A stretch of 64,000 nt of DNA, from contig CM059432.1 in assembly GCA_030390025.1 (NCBI GenBank), forward strand, positions 122,328,001 to 122,392,000, given 5' to 3'. Shown in pieces: positions 48,164 through 61,284 of the stretch; within the stretch, counting starts at the first letter, position 1, and every line of letters begins with the position of its first letter. Source of the stretch: Squalus acanthias (lineage: Eukaryota). A program made the position numbers and the translations under genes. The notes beneath the pieces were generated by a model. It made no database searches. It had not been told where the DNA came from and saw only the letters and a program-made list of their open reading frames with translations.

Positions 48164-50960
48164 AATTACATCTTCCTGCCACTGGTGGCAGTGTAGCGAC
48201 ACAGATTTACTCCCTCCCAATCGCTCCCTTCCTCTCCTGGGACCGACAGAGCGGCCCAAAAGTGAAATCTTCCTCACTGCCGAGGTGCCTGGGGACACCC
48301 AGCAGGCGTCTGCAGCTCGCCGGTCTCACATGAATGAAGCCCGAGAGCCAATATTGGCTGGGCTGACCCTGCCCGTTGCTGTTGGCACAAGGATTGATCC
48401 CTGTGCCCAGTTTGAATTCCAATTTCTAGGCCTAGTGGTGTGCTACTTGTCTGCCTTCTGAGATGATGGGTGAACTTGGTGGACATCGCACATATTCTGC
48501 AGTGAATAATGTACCGCAATTCAATGTTACTTATTAACTTGGGCTCACTAATTTGCACTTGGCTGAAAATAATGCCACATGTTTTGATCTTTAAGAGACA
48601 GTCTGTTTATGGAAACCATAGACAGCCATAAAAATGAGAAGATGTGAGGAGACAGCCCTAGCTGTAACAAGAACTATGGGAAAGAATTACCACCATTTTC
48701 ATTAACATTTTGTTGTATTAAAATTTGAAATTAGTCTTTGCAGATTTTACATCCACCAATCCAAAGTCCAAATTCTGTGTTAGTCCAAACATTTGCCCTG
48801 CTAGGCTAACATAGGCTAGTATCATAGATGGTACACAATATAGATGGTGCTTGATATAGTTTACCTAATAAACATATTTAAAGAATGCTACATAATTTGA
48901 GATGCTTCATCAATTGAGAAGTAACACGAATTTAGTTAGTGTCAGTTAAATTTTTCGTAGGCACAAGCCCATTGTACTCTGTTTCCGAAATGGCATGTTA
49001 ATTGGCAGCAACCAATTGGGCAGGTCACATGCAGTTCTTAAATAACAATATCAGAGGTACAGTGGGATTGCGTACTGATCTAAGTATTAAGGCTTAGGCT
49101 ATTCTGAAGGTAATGCATGGAGAGGTGCTATGGTACTTTCCCTGCGCATTACCTGGCCTGCAAATGTTTGATGCCACTCTTGGGTCCAAATTGGAAAATT
49201 TAAATACCCCAGCATTTTCATTCTTCACTTCGATGAGCATAATTACATTTTTAAAGGATCTCTTGGCTCCCATATAGACGAAACTGTTGTTTCTTCCTGT
49301 TGTGTTTAGTATTGGCTGCATAGTCAATCGATCATTTTGTGCTGCACTTTTAATTTCCTTTTAAACAGCTACAGCTAAAGGTGGATTAAGTGTCAGTTGT
49401 AACCAAGCTTTTAGTCTTTAATACATGTCAGAGTTGTCATTATAATGGAATAGTTTCAGTAATTGCCTTCATTGAATTTGATTTTAAAGTTATAACCATT
49501 TTCTCCGATGCTCTGGATCATCCTATAATGCCCCTCCCCTGGATGTATTAATTATTTCATTTTTAATATCAAAATAAATTCAATTGGCTCCTTAATTAGA
49601 AACCAAAAGTAATTTATGCACAATCTTGCTTTCATTTGTTAATTTGAATATAGGAGCTTGTTTATTTCATTCGCTTTATATGTTGAGGAATTACTTGAGG
49701 ACAGATTGCCTTCCCTCAGCTTTTAGGTTTTCAAGTGCCATCTAGCAGAGTTTGAGTGCACTACAAGCTGCACTAATGAAACGGTTGCCTGTCTGCTTCT
49801 GTCATGTTGAGAAACATAAAAGAGAAAGGCTTTCACTGGGGAAATGATGGTACGACCGTGTGAGTCACAACCCGACTCGTCTGGAGATCCAAGTTCAAAT
49901 GCAGTCCAGGGACAGGTAATTAGGGTTGATGGCTGCAAAGTGGCACATCTGGAATGAAGAGCTGGCACTGCTAGCACTGCCAACTCAAAGCTGGTCCTAA
50001 TGCGCTTTAAGAGATTACAACAGATATCAGACCCCCAGGAGAGCTTAATATCATTACCAAGGGCAACAACAGCGGAATATTCCGCGGTGTTCATTGACCC
50101 CTTTGCTTCCTTCTAATAAGTACAATATCTCTTTTAAAATGTGTTTTTATCTGAACAGGAGCCACGTGCGCCAAACAATGCTCTTTTAATGCCCAGGATA
50201 CCATTTCAATATCCAGCTTCTCGCGCAAGTTCATTTTTATTGCAAAGATCGAGCTTCAATGAGAATGAAATTGGATAGCCCCCCCACCCCCGCCCCGCCC
50301 GGCCTGTCGGGGTCAAAAGGGCACAGAGAATGATCCCCACCCCAGAACAGGTAGGCCCGAGGCCCCATCAAAATTGGGCAGTGGGCCTCATTTAATTTAA
50401 ACTGGCATGCAGTGGACGTCTGCTGTGCATCCCCAGGCAACTTGCTGGCATCGATTTCAGGCCCCTGTAACACCGGCAATAGCCCCCAGGTAGGTCTCGG
50501 TGAGAAGGAAGGCTAAAGCGGGCAACGGTCTTCGGGACTGCTGTGGAACCATGGTGTGGACTGAGCTACACAGATAGTGAAGGTTTGATCTCTGATTTGC
50601 ACTCAGTTGGTCAATCTCATTTGGTGCTGTGGTGAGAACACAATCATCTGATGATGCCCCTCATGGCTTAATAGCCTATTGACAGTATCTAGGTTCACAC
50701 ATGAAGAATGGCAACTTGGGTCAGGTATCAAATGGTTGCTGACAATAGCTCCAACAAGGAGTCAATGCCCTCAGGAGAGATGGGGAAAAAATTGGAATTG
50801 GAAAAAAATGACAGAGAAAAAAAACTTACAACACACAGAATTATTAGATTTGTCTGTCATGTCAGTAAGACAGCAGTAAGCAGCATTCCATTATCATTCA
50901 GTTAAAAAGGGCTGGTGAGGATATCACCACAGTCAACAATGGCTCTTTTCCACAATCCTT

Positions 50961-53468
50961 AAGGACAAGGAGCAATTCAAGAATATAAATACTTAACAGG
51001 AGTAGGGGTAATTTCAGCGAATTGAAGAGGGATCTGGCCGGGGTAAATTGGAGTCAAAGACTGGCAGGCAGAAATGTGATGGAGCAATGGGTGGCCTTTA
51101 AAGAGGAGATGGTTTGGGTACAGTCTAGATGCATTCCCATAAGAGAGAAAGGGAGGGCAACCAAAGCCTGGATGACAAAGGAGTCAGAGAGTAGGGTGAA
51201 GAAAAAGAGGGCATAGACAGATGTCAGCTTGATAATACAAGGGAGAATCTGGCTGAATATAAAAAGTGCAGAGGAGAAGTGAAAAAGCAAATAAGCGAGG
51301 CAAACAGACAGTATAAGAATAGATTGGAAGCTAGGATAAAAGAAAATCCAAAGATCTAATATAGGCATTTTAACAGTAAAAAGGTTGTCAGAGGATCGGA
51401 GGGGTCGATTAGGGACCAAAATGGAGATCTATTGGTGGAGGCAGAAGGCATGGCTGAGGTACTAAATGTGTACTTTGCATTGGTGTTTACCAAGGAAGAG
51501 GACTTTCGCAAAGCTCCCGTAATGAGAAGGATGTCGGGATACTGGATGAGATAAAACTAGATAAAGACGAGGTACTACAAAGGTTGGCAGTACTTACTGT
51601 GGATAAGTCACCCGGTCCAGATGGGATGCACCCTCGGTTGCTGAGGGAAGCGGGGGTAGGAATTGCGGAGGTGCTGAACACAATCTTCCAATCCTCTTTA
51701 GACACAGGGGTGGTGCCAGAGGACTGGAGAACTGCAAATGTTACACCCTTGTTTAAAAGAGAAGGATAAACCTGGCAATTACAGGCCAGTCAGTTTAACA
51801 TCAGTGCTGGGGAACGCTTTTAGAAACAATAATCCGGGAGAAAATTAACAGCCACTTGGACAAGCATGGACTAATAAAGGAGAGCCAGCATGGATTTGTT
51901 AAGGGAAAATCGTATTTGTCTAAATTGATTGAGTTTTTTGATGAGGTAACAGAGAGGGTGGATGAGGGCAGTGCAGTTGATGTTGTGTACATGGACTTTC
52001 AAAAGGCGTTTGATAAAGTACCACATAATAGGCTTGTTAGCAAAATTGAAGCCCATGTGATAAAAGGGGCAGTAGCAGCCTGGATACAAAATTGCTAAGG
52101 GGCAGAAAAATGAGAGTTGTGGTGAATGGCTGTTTATCAGACTGGAGGGAAGTATATTGTGTTGTTCCCCACGGTTCAGTACTAGGGCCACTGCTGTTTT
52201 TGATATCCATTAATGACTTGGACTTGGGGATACAGGACACAATTTTGAAATTTGCAGATGACACAAAACTTGGAAGTGTAGTAAACAGTGCGGAAGATAG
52301 TAATAGACTTCAAGAGGACATAGATAGGCTGATGGAATGGGCGGACACATGGCAGATGAAATTCAAGGGGGTGCAAGAACAGAGAGACCTGGGGGTGCTA
52401 GTGCACAAATGTTTGAAGGTGGTAGGACAGGTTAACAAAGCAGTTAATAAAGCATATGGGATCCTGGGCTTTATAAAGAGAGGCACAGAGTACAAAAGCC
52501 AGGAAGTTATGCTAAACATATATAAAAAACACTAGATTGACCCCAGCTGGAGTATTGTGTCCAATTCTGGGCACCACACTTTAGGAAGGACGTGAAGGCT
52601 TTGGAGAGGGTACAGAAGAGATTTACTAGAATGTTTCCAGGGATGATGGATTACAGTTACGTGGATGGACTGCAGAAGCTGGGGTTGTTCTCGTTAGAGC
52701 AGAGAAGCTAAGAGGAGATTTGATAGAGGTGTTTAAAATCATGAAGGGTTTAGATCGAGTAAATAAAGATAAAGGGGGAAAAATACGGTTGCTTTGCGCT
52801 ACCCGTTAGCGCCCTAAGAGGGCCGAGATTCAAGGCTGCAATGAGCAGGGTGTGGATGGAGAGCAAGATCGACCCTCCCCTTTAAGAACTGGCCGGCGCC
52901 AGTGTGGCTGTGTTCTATTGCTGACTGACATCACATGAGCTTCGCCAGCGCTCTGAGGTAGCGCCTCGCTCATCGGCGTTAGCGCCTTAAGAGAGGTGTG
53001 TAGCGCCTGATTTAGCGCTCCAATCACCTCCAGGGGTGATAGAAGCCAAGTTTGCAGTCAGGGGCGATAATTAGCGCCAGACGCTAAACTTTGCGCCCGG
53101 CTGATAATTGCGCCCCAAACGGGGCGATACCGAATTTCTCCCCCAAACTGTTTCCAATGGCTGAAGAGTCAATAACCAGAGGGTACAGATTTAAGATGAC
53201 TGGCAAAAGAAACAGAGGCGACATGAGGAAAAAAAAAATTGCGCAACATGTAGTTAGGATTTGGAATGCACTGCCTGATAGGGTGGTGGAAACAGATTCA
53301 ATAGTAGCCTTCAAAAGGGAATGGGATAAATACTTGAAGGAGAAGAAATTGCAGGGATATGGGGAAAGAGTGGGGTGAGAGTAGGTCTAACTGGATTGAT
53401 CTTCGAAAGAGCCGCGCAGACTCGATGGGCCAAATGGCCTCCTTCTGTGATGTATGATTCTATGATTA
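50961..53468 (+). mobile_element. CR1 LINE ORF2 remnant with nested MITE
   Basis: KSPGPDGMHPRLLRE, WRTANVTPLFK, SQHGFVKGKS, YMDFQKAFDKVPH, GSVLGPLLF, KFADDTKLG, IWNALP, CR1 tail with ATTCTATG. Confidence 0.92.
52774..53144. mobile_element. 371-bp MITE derived from the Harbinger family at 54322-59097
   Basis: TSD AAA on both sides. Left ~50 bp and right ~320 bp match the ends of 54322-59097. Excision restores the CR1 reading VNKDKLFPM. Confidence 0.9.
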
Positions 53469-53554
53469 CTAAGATTTGAACTAATATTATTTGAATGGGA
53501 ATCTAGCATTCAACAATTGATACAAGCTAGTTCGAAAAGCTCCTTTGTTAGCTG

Positions 53555-53840
53555 CCCTGATAACTCAAATGGCAATAGCAGTATGTATCCAAGCTATACA
53601 TATGAGTCCCAGGTTCGTTTCCTGTGATGTGCTGAGATAGTTAGGGTGGCAATGGATGGGGTACAATTAGCCTCAGCATCACTGGACTAGCGAGGAGTAA
53701 ACCAGCACTGCTCTTGCTTCTGATCGTTGTCCACTGGTCCCCGCTTTGGGCATTAGGTGAGGACAGGATTGGAATCAGTGGTGATGTTGTGCTATGGTCA
53801 AGTACCTGTCAGCAGACACACGTGAAGTAGGCCACTTCAG
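53555..53840 (+). mobile_element. Old tRNA-derived SINE remnant
   Basis: CCCAGGTTCG box B-like motif. CAC(A/G)TGAAG..GGC(C/A)ACTT is shared with a second remnant at about 50550-50795. Confidence 0.4.
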
Positions 53841-54127
53841 CAAGGGGCCATAAATATAAGATAGTCACTAATAAATCCAATAAAGAATTCAGGAGAAACT
53901 TCTTTACCCAGAGAGTGATTAGAATGCTACCACATGGAGTAGTTGAGGCGAACAGCACAGATGCCTTTACGGGGAAGCTAGATAAGTTCATAAAGGAGAA
54001 AGCAGCAATTGAAGGATAGGCAGATAGGGTTAGATGAAGTAAGGTGGGAGGAGGCTCATGTGGAGCATGGACCAGTTGAGCTGAACGGCCTGTATCTGTG
54101 CTGTAATTTACTATGTAATTCTATGTA
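53840..54127 (+). mobile_element. CR1 LINE 3' end
   Basis: RGHKYKIVTNKSNKEFRRNFFTQRV and the CR1 tail. Confidence 0.8.
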
Positions 54128-54768
54128 AGGTAGCAGAACACAACCTGAGTTTCAGAAGTATAATCCAGCAGAAGTCCATGCGCTCCACAAAGAAGGAGCG
54201 CGAGAACTGGCCAAAAAAAAGAAACTCCCCTTTTTTTCCCCGAAATCTTTTTTCTATACATGTTTTAGGCAATCAGATTTGAACAAAAAATAAACAAGAA
54301 AGTACAACAATGAAACACAAAGGGGGAAAATTCGGTTGGCTTGCGCCTCCCGTTAGCACCACTCGCGAAATTGACTAGGGTTTTTGAGGCGGCGCAAAAG
54401 TTTAGCGCCCCAATCTCCTGCGCCCGCAGATCATGACGTCAGTTGAGCGTGCAACGCCCTGGTGGAGCCCCGGACCGGATATTGAGTGGCGCCCACCTCC
54501 TTTCCGCCTGGCACAAGCAACGACAGGGAGACTGGAACATTTCCCAGTCGGTGAGGGGCTGGGGGGGCACTATTTAAAGGCGGCCTCTTCCTGGCTTTTT
54601 CTGTGGTAGACATTTTTACACCACTCATTATGACAGAGAGAGAGATTCTGAGAGAGAGATAGAGAGACTTCTGCATAGTCAACGCTGTGTGAAGTAGTTT
54701 TGGTTACTGAGCATCACTTTGCAGGTACTTTTGGATTTGACCTTCATTACTTCGATTGCCAAGAGAGT

Positions 54769-55886
54769 ATGGGGGCTGCACTGATTCGGGGCGTCGTCCT
54801 GCGCCTGCAGAATCGGAGGCAACAGAGACACAGAGAGAGAGTGGCAATCATGGCCAGACAGAGGATGGCCAACAGGCCTCTGCACAGGAGACCTTACCCT
54901 CCCAGGGTATTCCGGGAACAATTCTCCTACATTAATTTGTCTGAGGAGCAGTGTTTGCGCAGGCTGCGCTTCAGCCAGGAGGTGGTCACTGAGCTCTGCC
55001 ACCTGCTGCAGCCAGATCTGCAGCCTCAACTGAGGACCAGGACGTCTCTGTCGGTGGCAGTGAAGGTCACAGTGGCTCTGAACTTTTATGCCACCGGCTC
55101 CTTTCAAGCAGCTACTCTATCCGTCAGGTCACAAATGCCCTCTATAAAAGGAGACGCCAGTACATCTCTTTCCCGATGACCCGGGCCAAACAGCATGAAC
55201 GCGCATTGGGCTTTGCGAGGATAGCGGGCTTCCCCATGGTGCAGGGCGCCATTGACTGCACGCATGTGACATTGCAGGCACCACATGAGAATGCAGAGGT
55301 TTTCCAAAACCGCAAGGGGTTCCACTCCTTAAACGTCCAGTTGGTCTGTAACCACAGACAGCTGATACTCGCTGTCAATGCCCGCTATGCTGGCAGCAGC
55401 CACAATGCTTTCATCCTGCGCCAGACTGTTGTGCCAGAACTTTTCCAGGCACCGCGTCAAGTGGTTGGCTCCTCGGGGACAAGGGTTATCCAAGCTGCAT
55501 CTGGCTGATGACACCGCTCCGTAACCCCAACACCCCTGCTGAGCTGCAGTACAATGAAAGCCATCTCACCACCAGGAACATCATTGAGCAGACGATCGGC
55601 GTGCTCAAGCAACGGTTCCGCTGTCTGGACCACTCAGGAGGAGCCCTGCAGTACTCGCCTGAGTGAGTCTCCCTCTTCATAGTTGTGTGCTGCATGCTTC
55701 ATAACCTGGCAATCCTCAGGACCCAGCCAATGCCACCAGGCCTTGGAGCACCTCCGGAGGAGGAGGAGGAAGAGGGAGGAGGAAGAGGAGGAGGATGATC
55801 AGCAGCAGCACCAAGGCAGGAGGGAGGCCCATAATGTTAAAACTGCAAGGGCCGTCCGTCAATGGCTGATAACAAGCCGCTTCTAG
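54769..55886 (+). pseudogene. Harbinger (HARBI1-like) DDE transposase, disrupted
   Basis: [68 protein letters not shown]. Deletion/frameshift near 55115, frameshift near 55465, TGA at 55664-55666. Confidence 0.9.
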
Positions 55887-56256
55887 GCCCCTACTGAGGA
55901 AATGGCTTCTGGCATGGAGAACAACATGAATGAAAGCAACCCGCAACCCCAAAGCCTGCCAAGGCAGTAATGATTCCAAAGGTCAAACCTGTACATTTTG
56001 AATACAAAAACTTTTTTATTTTACGAACTCTGTGTGTGTCATTTTTTCATGACAAACTAATAGAAACAAACACAAAAAAACAGTCATTAACATAACTGGT
56101 TCTCACAACCTGGAGATAATGTCCAAAACACTAAACAAAAGTTTGAACACGAACCTTGGCCTTTAATAAAAAAATTTACCAACATTTCGTCACACCTCCT
56201 ACTTTTTGCCCTTCGACAGTGATCTCCTTCCCTTGCGCACTTCCCCCCTTCCCACC

Positions 56257-58736
56257 CTACTGCTCCTCCAGTAATGGGGCCCCAGTGGCTGCAGCAAGGC
56301 TGGTGGAAGGCTGCTGATTGTCAGAACCTGAGACTACAGATGCCCTTGAAGGACGACCTCGACCAGCTCTGGGCCTGGAGGGCCCGGCTGCAGACTGCAC
56401 CAACTCTGCATGGGCGGCAGCAGTCTGGGCTACAGGCAGTGACAAGTGCAATGGGGAAGTGACAGTGGTGGCAGCAGGAATGCTGTCATCTTGAGAGAGG
56501 ACAGCAACTCCCTGCTCGACCGACACACTGGCACTCCCACGGGGCAGCTCCTCAGCATCTGGAGCAATCTGCTGGAGCACAGATTGCTGGCCTGCTGTGG
56601 CGCGGTGAGAGCCCGGGGGAAATGTGTCTGAACCAGCGACAATGGCAGCAGTCAGTGCTTGCGTGGCCTCAATCTGAATCTGCATGAGACCAGTCTGAGA
56701 TTGGATCATGGCAGCCAGTGACTGAATTGCAGCACTAAGCATTAGCGTGGCATCTGCCTGTGCTCCAGCGTAGTGCTCCACACTCCTTGCCAGTGCATCA
56801 GTGCTTTCGGGCATCCTTCCCATTGCACCCATGAGCTGAGTGTGCATGTCCACCACCTGGGTGTTCATTTCAGCGATGAGCCGCTCCTCCTCTGCGTCCA
56901 GTGCAGCAGGACTCGCTGGCCTACTCTCCCTCCGGGGAGAAGGCCCCCGAGCTTCCCTAGCCACATCGCGTTGCTGCAGCCCGCTGGGTCCCAGAGCTTC
57001 ACCCTTATCAGACCCTTCCCCCCTGCTCCCCTCCAGGGAAGACGTGGTCCCAGTGTGGGCATGGGCTTCCTTGGGAGAGGGTGGCGCTGAGGCTCCGGCT
57101 TCCTCTTCCTCCTCGCCTGCAGCTTCACTCCCACTGGCAGCTTCAGGGTCCGTCTCCTCAGCTGGTGAATCACCATCTGAAAGCAGGGAGGTACAAGAGT
57201 GGCTTTAGCGTGAGGACAGGGGGCCGGTAAGGGAGGAAGGAGTGCAGCGATTTAGTAAGTTGGATTGAAAGGGCTGGATTTTGATACTGGGGCGGGTTGG
57301 GGTCGTGTCATCCACTTTTCGTGTTATCCACCCGACTGCAATTGGATGTGGGAGATTGATGCAATTTTCACCTAATTGGGCAATTGAGTTCCAGCATGTG
57401 GGAACCCATGAACTAATTAGTGTTTTCAGTCTGAAAGTCGCCTCTGATGATGTCATTATTGCTGCTGCATTGAAGGTCTTCAGAGACTGCCTGGCCTTTG
57501 CTGTGAGAGGACCTGGATAAAATGAGCAGCAGCAGCCCTAAGTCTGCTCCCAGATATTTTTACACCACCACTCCCAGATATGTCTCCTCTCCATCCATAT
57601 ATACATCCATCCCCATAGCCATCCATCCATCCATCCATCCATCCATCCAGCCAGCCAGCCAGCGTCAACTCTCCATATCCAAATGTGCTCCCGCCAGGTT
57701 TCACAAGCGTGGTTCAGAACAGGTGTGCTTCACGTAGAACAAGGGTTAAAATCACAAAGGCCTTTCAAAATGACATTATAGAGGCAATTTCGTGCTTGTT
57801 AAGGGCCTTAACAGCCTATCCCGTCTCTTAGAGGCGGGATGGAGTCTGGACCAGCAGACACGATTTAATGAAAATTGCGTGGAGGCGGGATGGAGGCAGT
57901 CTTGTGCCCACCCGCCAGTTTTCGCAATTTTAACCCCCCACATGCCTCCAAACCCGCCTCCACGGGTCAATGAAAATCCAGCCCAAAGTGTCAAAGGCTG
58001 GCGTTGTGAGGGACAAGTGGAATGAGAGAGGAGAGAAAGCTGATGACCTTACCATTGCTGTCCCGAATGGGGTCGGCCTCTCCAGGGGCGACGGGACCGA
58101 TCACCTGGCTTGCCACAATCCTGTGGACGCGCGCCTCAAGATTGCTGAGGGGTTGCAGCTGAGGCCGCCCTCCACCCGTCAGTTGCTGCTGTCTCCTGTT
58201 ATGAGATAGCTTGGCCTGTAAGAAAAAGGACGGCGTCTGAGTAAATATACAGCCATGGTCTTGCCTGATGTGCCTCCCATAATTGAATAGCCCTTAATGT
58301 ACGCAGCCATGGTCTTGCCTGATGTGCCTCCCATAGTTGAATAGCCCTTACTGTATGCAAAGTGTGGAATGTGCGTGTGTGTTTCATGAGAGGGCCATAG
58401 GTGTAGGATGAGTGCTGGGCAATGGGGTTTTAAGACCCGCTGGCGATAGAGTGAGGTTGAAATGGAGGGATGGAGAGGTATTAAAAAAAAGCCACTCACC
58501 CTGACGACCCGAGTGAGGTCGTTGAGCTTTTTGCGACATTGAGTATGGGTCCTGGGCACCATGCTCCTGGAGGAGACGTGCTGAGCCACCTCCCTCCACA
58601 CTCTTCTGTAGCCGCATGGCAAAGGCCTCCTGCCACTCTCAGGGAAGAGTATAGATCTTCTGCGCTCCACCGCGCCAACCAGAGCCTCCAAGGCCCGCTC
58701 GCTGAAGCGCTGAGCTCGTTCTCTCACCCTCTCCAT
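56257..58736 (-). CDS. Three-exon Myb/SANT-like (trihelix) Harbinger accessory protein, about 439 aa
   Basis: Exons 58736-58500, 58215-58053 and 57176-56257 with GT..AG sites and compatible phases (0, 1). [11 protein letters not shown]...W..VA...[13 protein letters not shown], then [16 protein letters not shown], an acidic linker and a coiled-coil-like region. No stop seen in the spliced frame. Confidence 0.8.
57271..57984. mobile_element. Harbinger-type MITE nested in Myb intron 2
   Basis: TIRs GGGCTGGATTTT / AAAATCCAGCCC, TSD AAA; contains a (CCAT)n tract. Confidence 0.85.
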
Positions 58737-59322
58737 AGTCCTTGGCTGGAAAATGTAGTCACAGGTCTCTCCAGGCCGAGATTCAAGGCTCCAATGAGCA
58801 GGGTGTAGCTGGAGAGCAAGATCGACCCTCCCCTTTAAGAACTGGCCGGCGCCAGTGTGTCTGTGTTCCATCGCTAACTGACATCACCTGCGCTGCGCCC
58901 GCGCTCTGAGTTAGCGCCTCGCTCCTCGGTCTTTGCGCCTTAAGACAGATGTGCAGCGCCTGATTTAGCGCTCCAATCACCTCCAGGGGCGATAGAAGCC
59001 AAGTTTGCAGACGGAGGCGATAATTAGCGCCAGTCGATAAACTTTGCGCCCGGCCGATAATTGCGCCCCAAACGGGGCGATACCAAATTTCTCCCCCAAA
59101 CATTTTAAGTAGGAGGTAAATGTCCTACCTTTACAGATGCTGCAATAGTTTGTTAATGTAGGCTCTTGCAGCTCCTAAATTTCACCAATGGATAGTGAAA
59201 GGATTATCTCAATGTATCAACATTCTAAATTCATCAGTGGGCACGTGTCAGTGATCCAACACTATCCTGATCGTCAATCCATGCTCTAGATCCAGATCCA
59301 GATCCAGACAATCAGATTGATA

Positions 59323-61284
59323 CAAAATAAACCCAGGAAATGCTGGAAACACTCAGCAGGTCAGACAGCATCTGTGGAGAGAGAAACAGAGTTAATAGGC
59401 TGAATTTTTACCTTGGAGACGTGCTGGCAGCAAGGTGGGGCAGTGGGGGGGAGGGCAGGGGGCCAGGGATCACTCAGGAACCCGAAGATTGGAGAGGCGC
59501 ATTTTGCAGTGGCTTTTTAATGAAACCACTGCAATTGAATCAGACTTCCAGGTTTCCCGACCAATTAACTGGAGCAGGTCCGATGATGTCACGGATGACT
59601 TTACTTCAGCTGAGCTATTTAAAGGTGCAATGCACAGATGTCACTTGAAGGCTGGTGGAGGTGGAAGACAGGTTGTTGGAGTGGAAATAGTGAGTTGGTT
59701 GCTTGGGAAAAAGTTGATATTGCTCTATACTTAAAAATGCAGGCTCAAAGACAGAAAGCTGCCCCGAGATTTAGTGATACATCCTTGAAAATATTACTCC
59801 AAGGAGACAGGGCCCACAGGGACATCCTGTTCCCTGCTGATGGGAGGAAGAGGCCAGTTGCCCAGACAAAGAAAGCATGGCTGGAGATCGCTGAAGTAGT
59901 GAGCAGCAGGAGAGTTGTAGGCAGGACCTGGATCCAGTGTAGAAAACGCTTTAACGACCTCATGATGTCTGGAAAGGTGAGTACAATGTCACATTCCCCT
60001 ACATCCTGATGTGCGTGTCACCCCAACCCCCTCACTCAGCCTTCCCAAGCCTACTCCTACAAATCAATCCTTACACTAACCTACCTTGTAGGTGCACCTA
60101 TCCCTCTCTGTCTATGTATTTACTCACATCCCCATCTGACCATCCATCGCTGACACTCACCCTCATCTTAATGCAATGTTATGCCTCTCCCTCATAGCCT
60201 CTCCCTCTACAGATGTTGCCCATCCAACCCTTCCACTCACTGCATGATTCTCACTCAAAGGTCTCTTGTTTCCCTCCTTGCAGAAGAGAGCACAGAACAT
60301 CTGGGAGAGGCAGCGAACTGGTGGTGGCCCTCCAGTGGTGGCACCACTGACTTCAGCAGAGGAGGAGGCACTGAAGATAAGCAGAGTTGTGGAGCTGCTG
60401 GCGGTCAAAGATGGAGAGAGGGGAACTCTCAGCTACCTGGTGACAGAATTAAATATCACACAGCCACATGACATACAACAGTCACTCATGATGATTTGAT
60501 GTCAGCAGTCAGTGAAATATGATCATGTGCATAATGGTAACTTAAAATATTCTTAGCATAACAGTTCTAATTCATGTCTTTACTCTCCCACAGTCCCATC
60601 AGTGTGCACCGCTGCTGGTGCATTTTGAAGGGCTCCTGCAGATCTGTCCAGGCATCTGAAGCGCATCTCCAGCATCCTGATTGCTTGCTCTATTACACAT
60701 TTCATCATCATTTGGCTTTGATTGTAACGCTCTTCAGCCTCATTGTTTGGCCTCCTCAAGGGTGTCATCATCCATGTCTTCAGTGGATACCCCTTGTCTC
60801 CAAGAAGCCAAGAAGCAATCCTCCAATATATTGAGAGTGACTTCCAAAGTTGTAGAAATCACCTGCAAACTCCTGAAAGCAAACTCTCAGCATAAATGGT
60901 GTCAGCAAGAGCCTTTCCCTTAGGCAAGGAAGCAGGTGTGAGGTCTGAGTATTGATGTGATTTTTTTTAAATGTCATTTATTCAGCTCTCACAATTGCCG
61001 CTGTGCTTTCGCCTTACTTTCACTGCTGAGGTTCAGCAAGCCCGGGAATCCACTGGACAGCCAGTAAAAACTGCAACAACAGGTAAAAAGGCTGTTAACA
61101 GCCTCTTAACTATCTCTAAATTGCTTTAATTAGGTAGCTCACCTCTCCCAAGGGGGTCTCTCGTGCACTGCCTAACGCGCCCGAGTTAAAGGCTTTTAAC
61201 ATCCCACCCACTCGCAAACCCGCACACTCTTTAAAGTAAAAATTCAGCCCAATGTTTCAGGTCGATGGCCTTTCATCAGAATTG
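59323..61284 (-). mobile_element. Penelope pLTR fragment (12-bp TSD) split by a Harbinger
   Basis: TSD ATCAGATTGATA at 59311-59322 and 61285-61296. Sequence matches the pLTR at 40578-40650. Confidence 0.7.
59397..61250. mobile_element. Internally deleted Harbinger (different family)
   Basis: TIRs AGGCTGAATTTTTAC / GTAAAAATTCAGCCC, TSD AAT. Myb exon 1 at 59737-59976(+), exon 2 from 60284. Transposase fragment GDKGYP..WMMTP...RFRCLD at about 60600-60800(-). Confidence 0.85.

Larger units (their letters stand above)
54322..59097. mobile_element. PIF/Harbinger DNA transposon, two convergent genes
   Basis: TIRs GGGGGAAAATTCGGT / ACCAAATTTCTCCCCC, TSD AAA (54319-21, 59098-100). Transposase on +, Myb/SANT gene on -. 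Confidence 0.93.
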
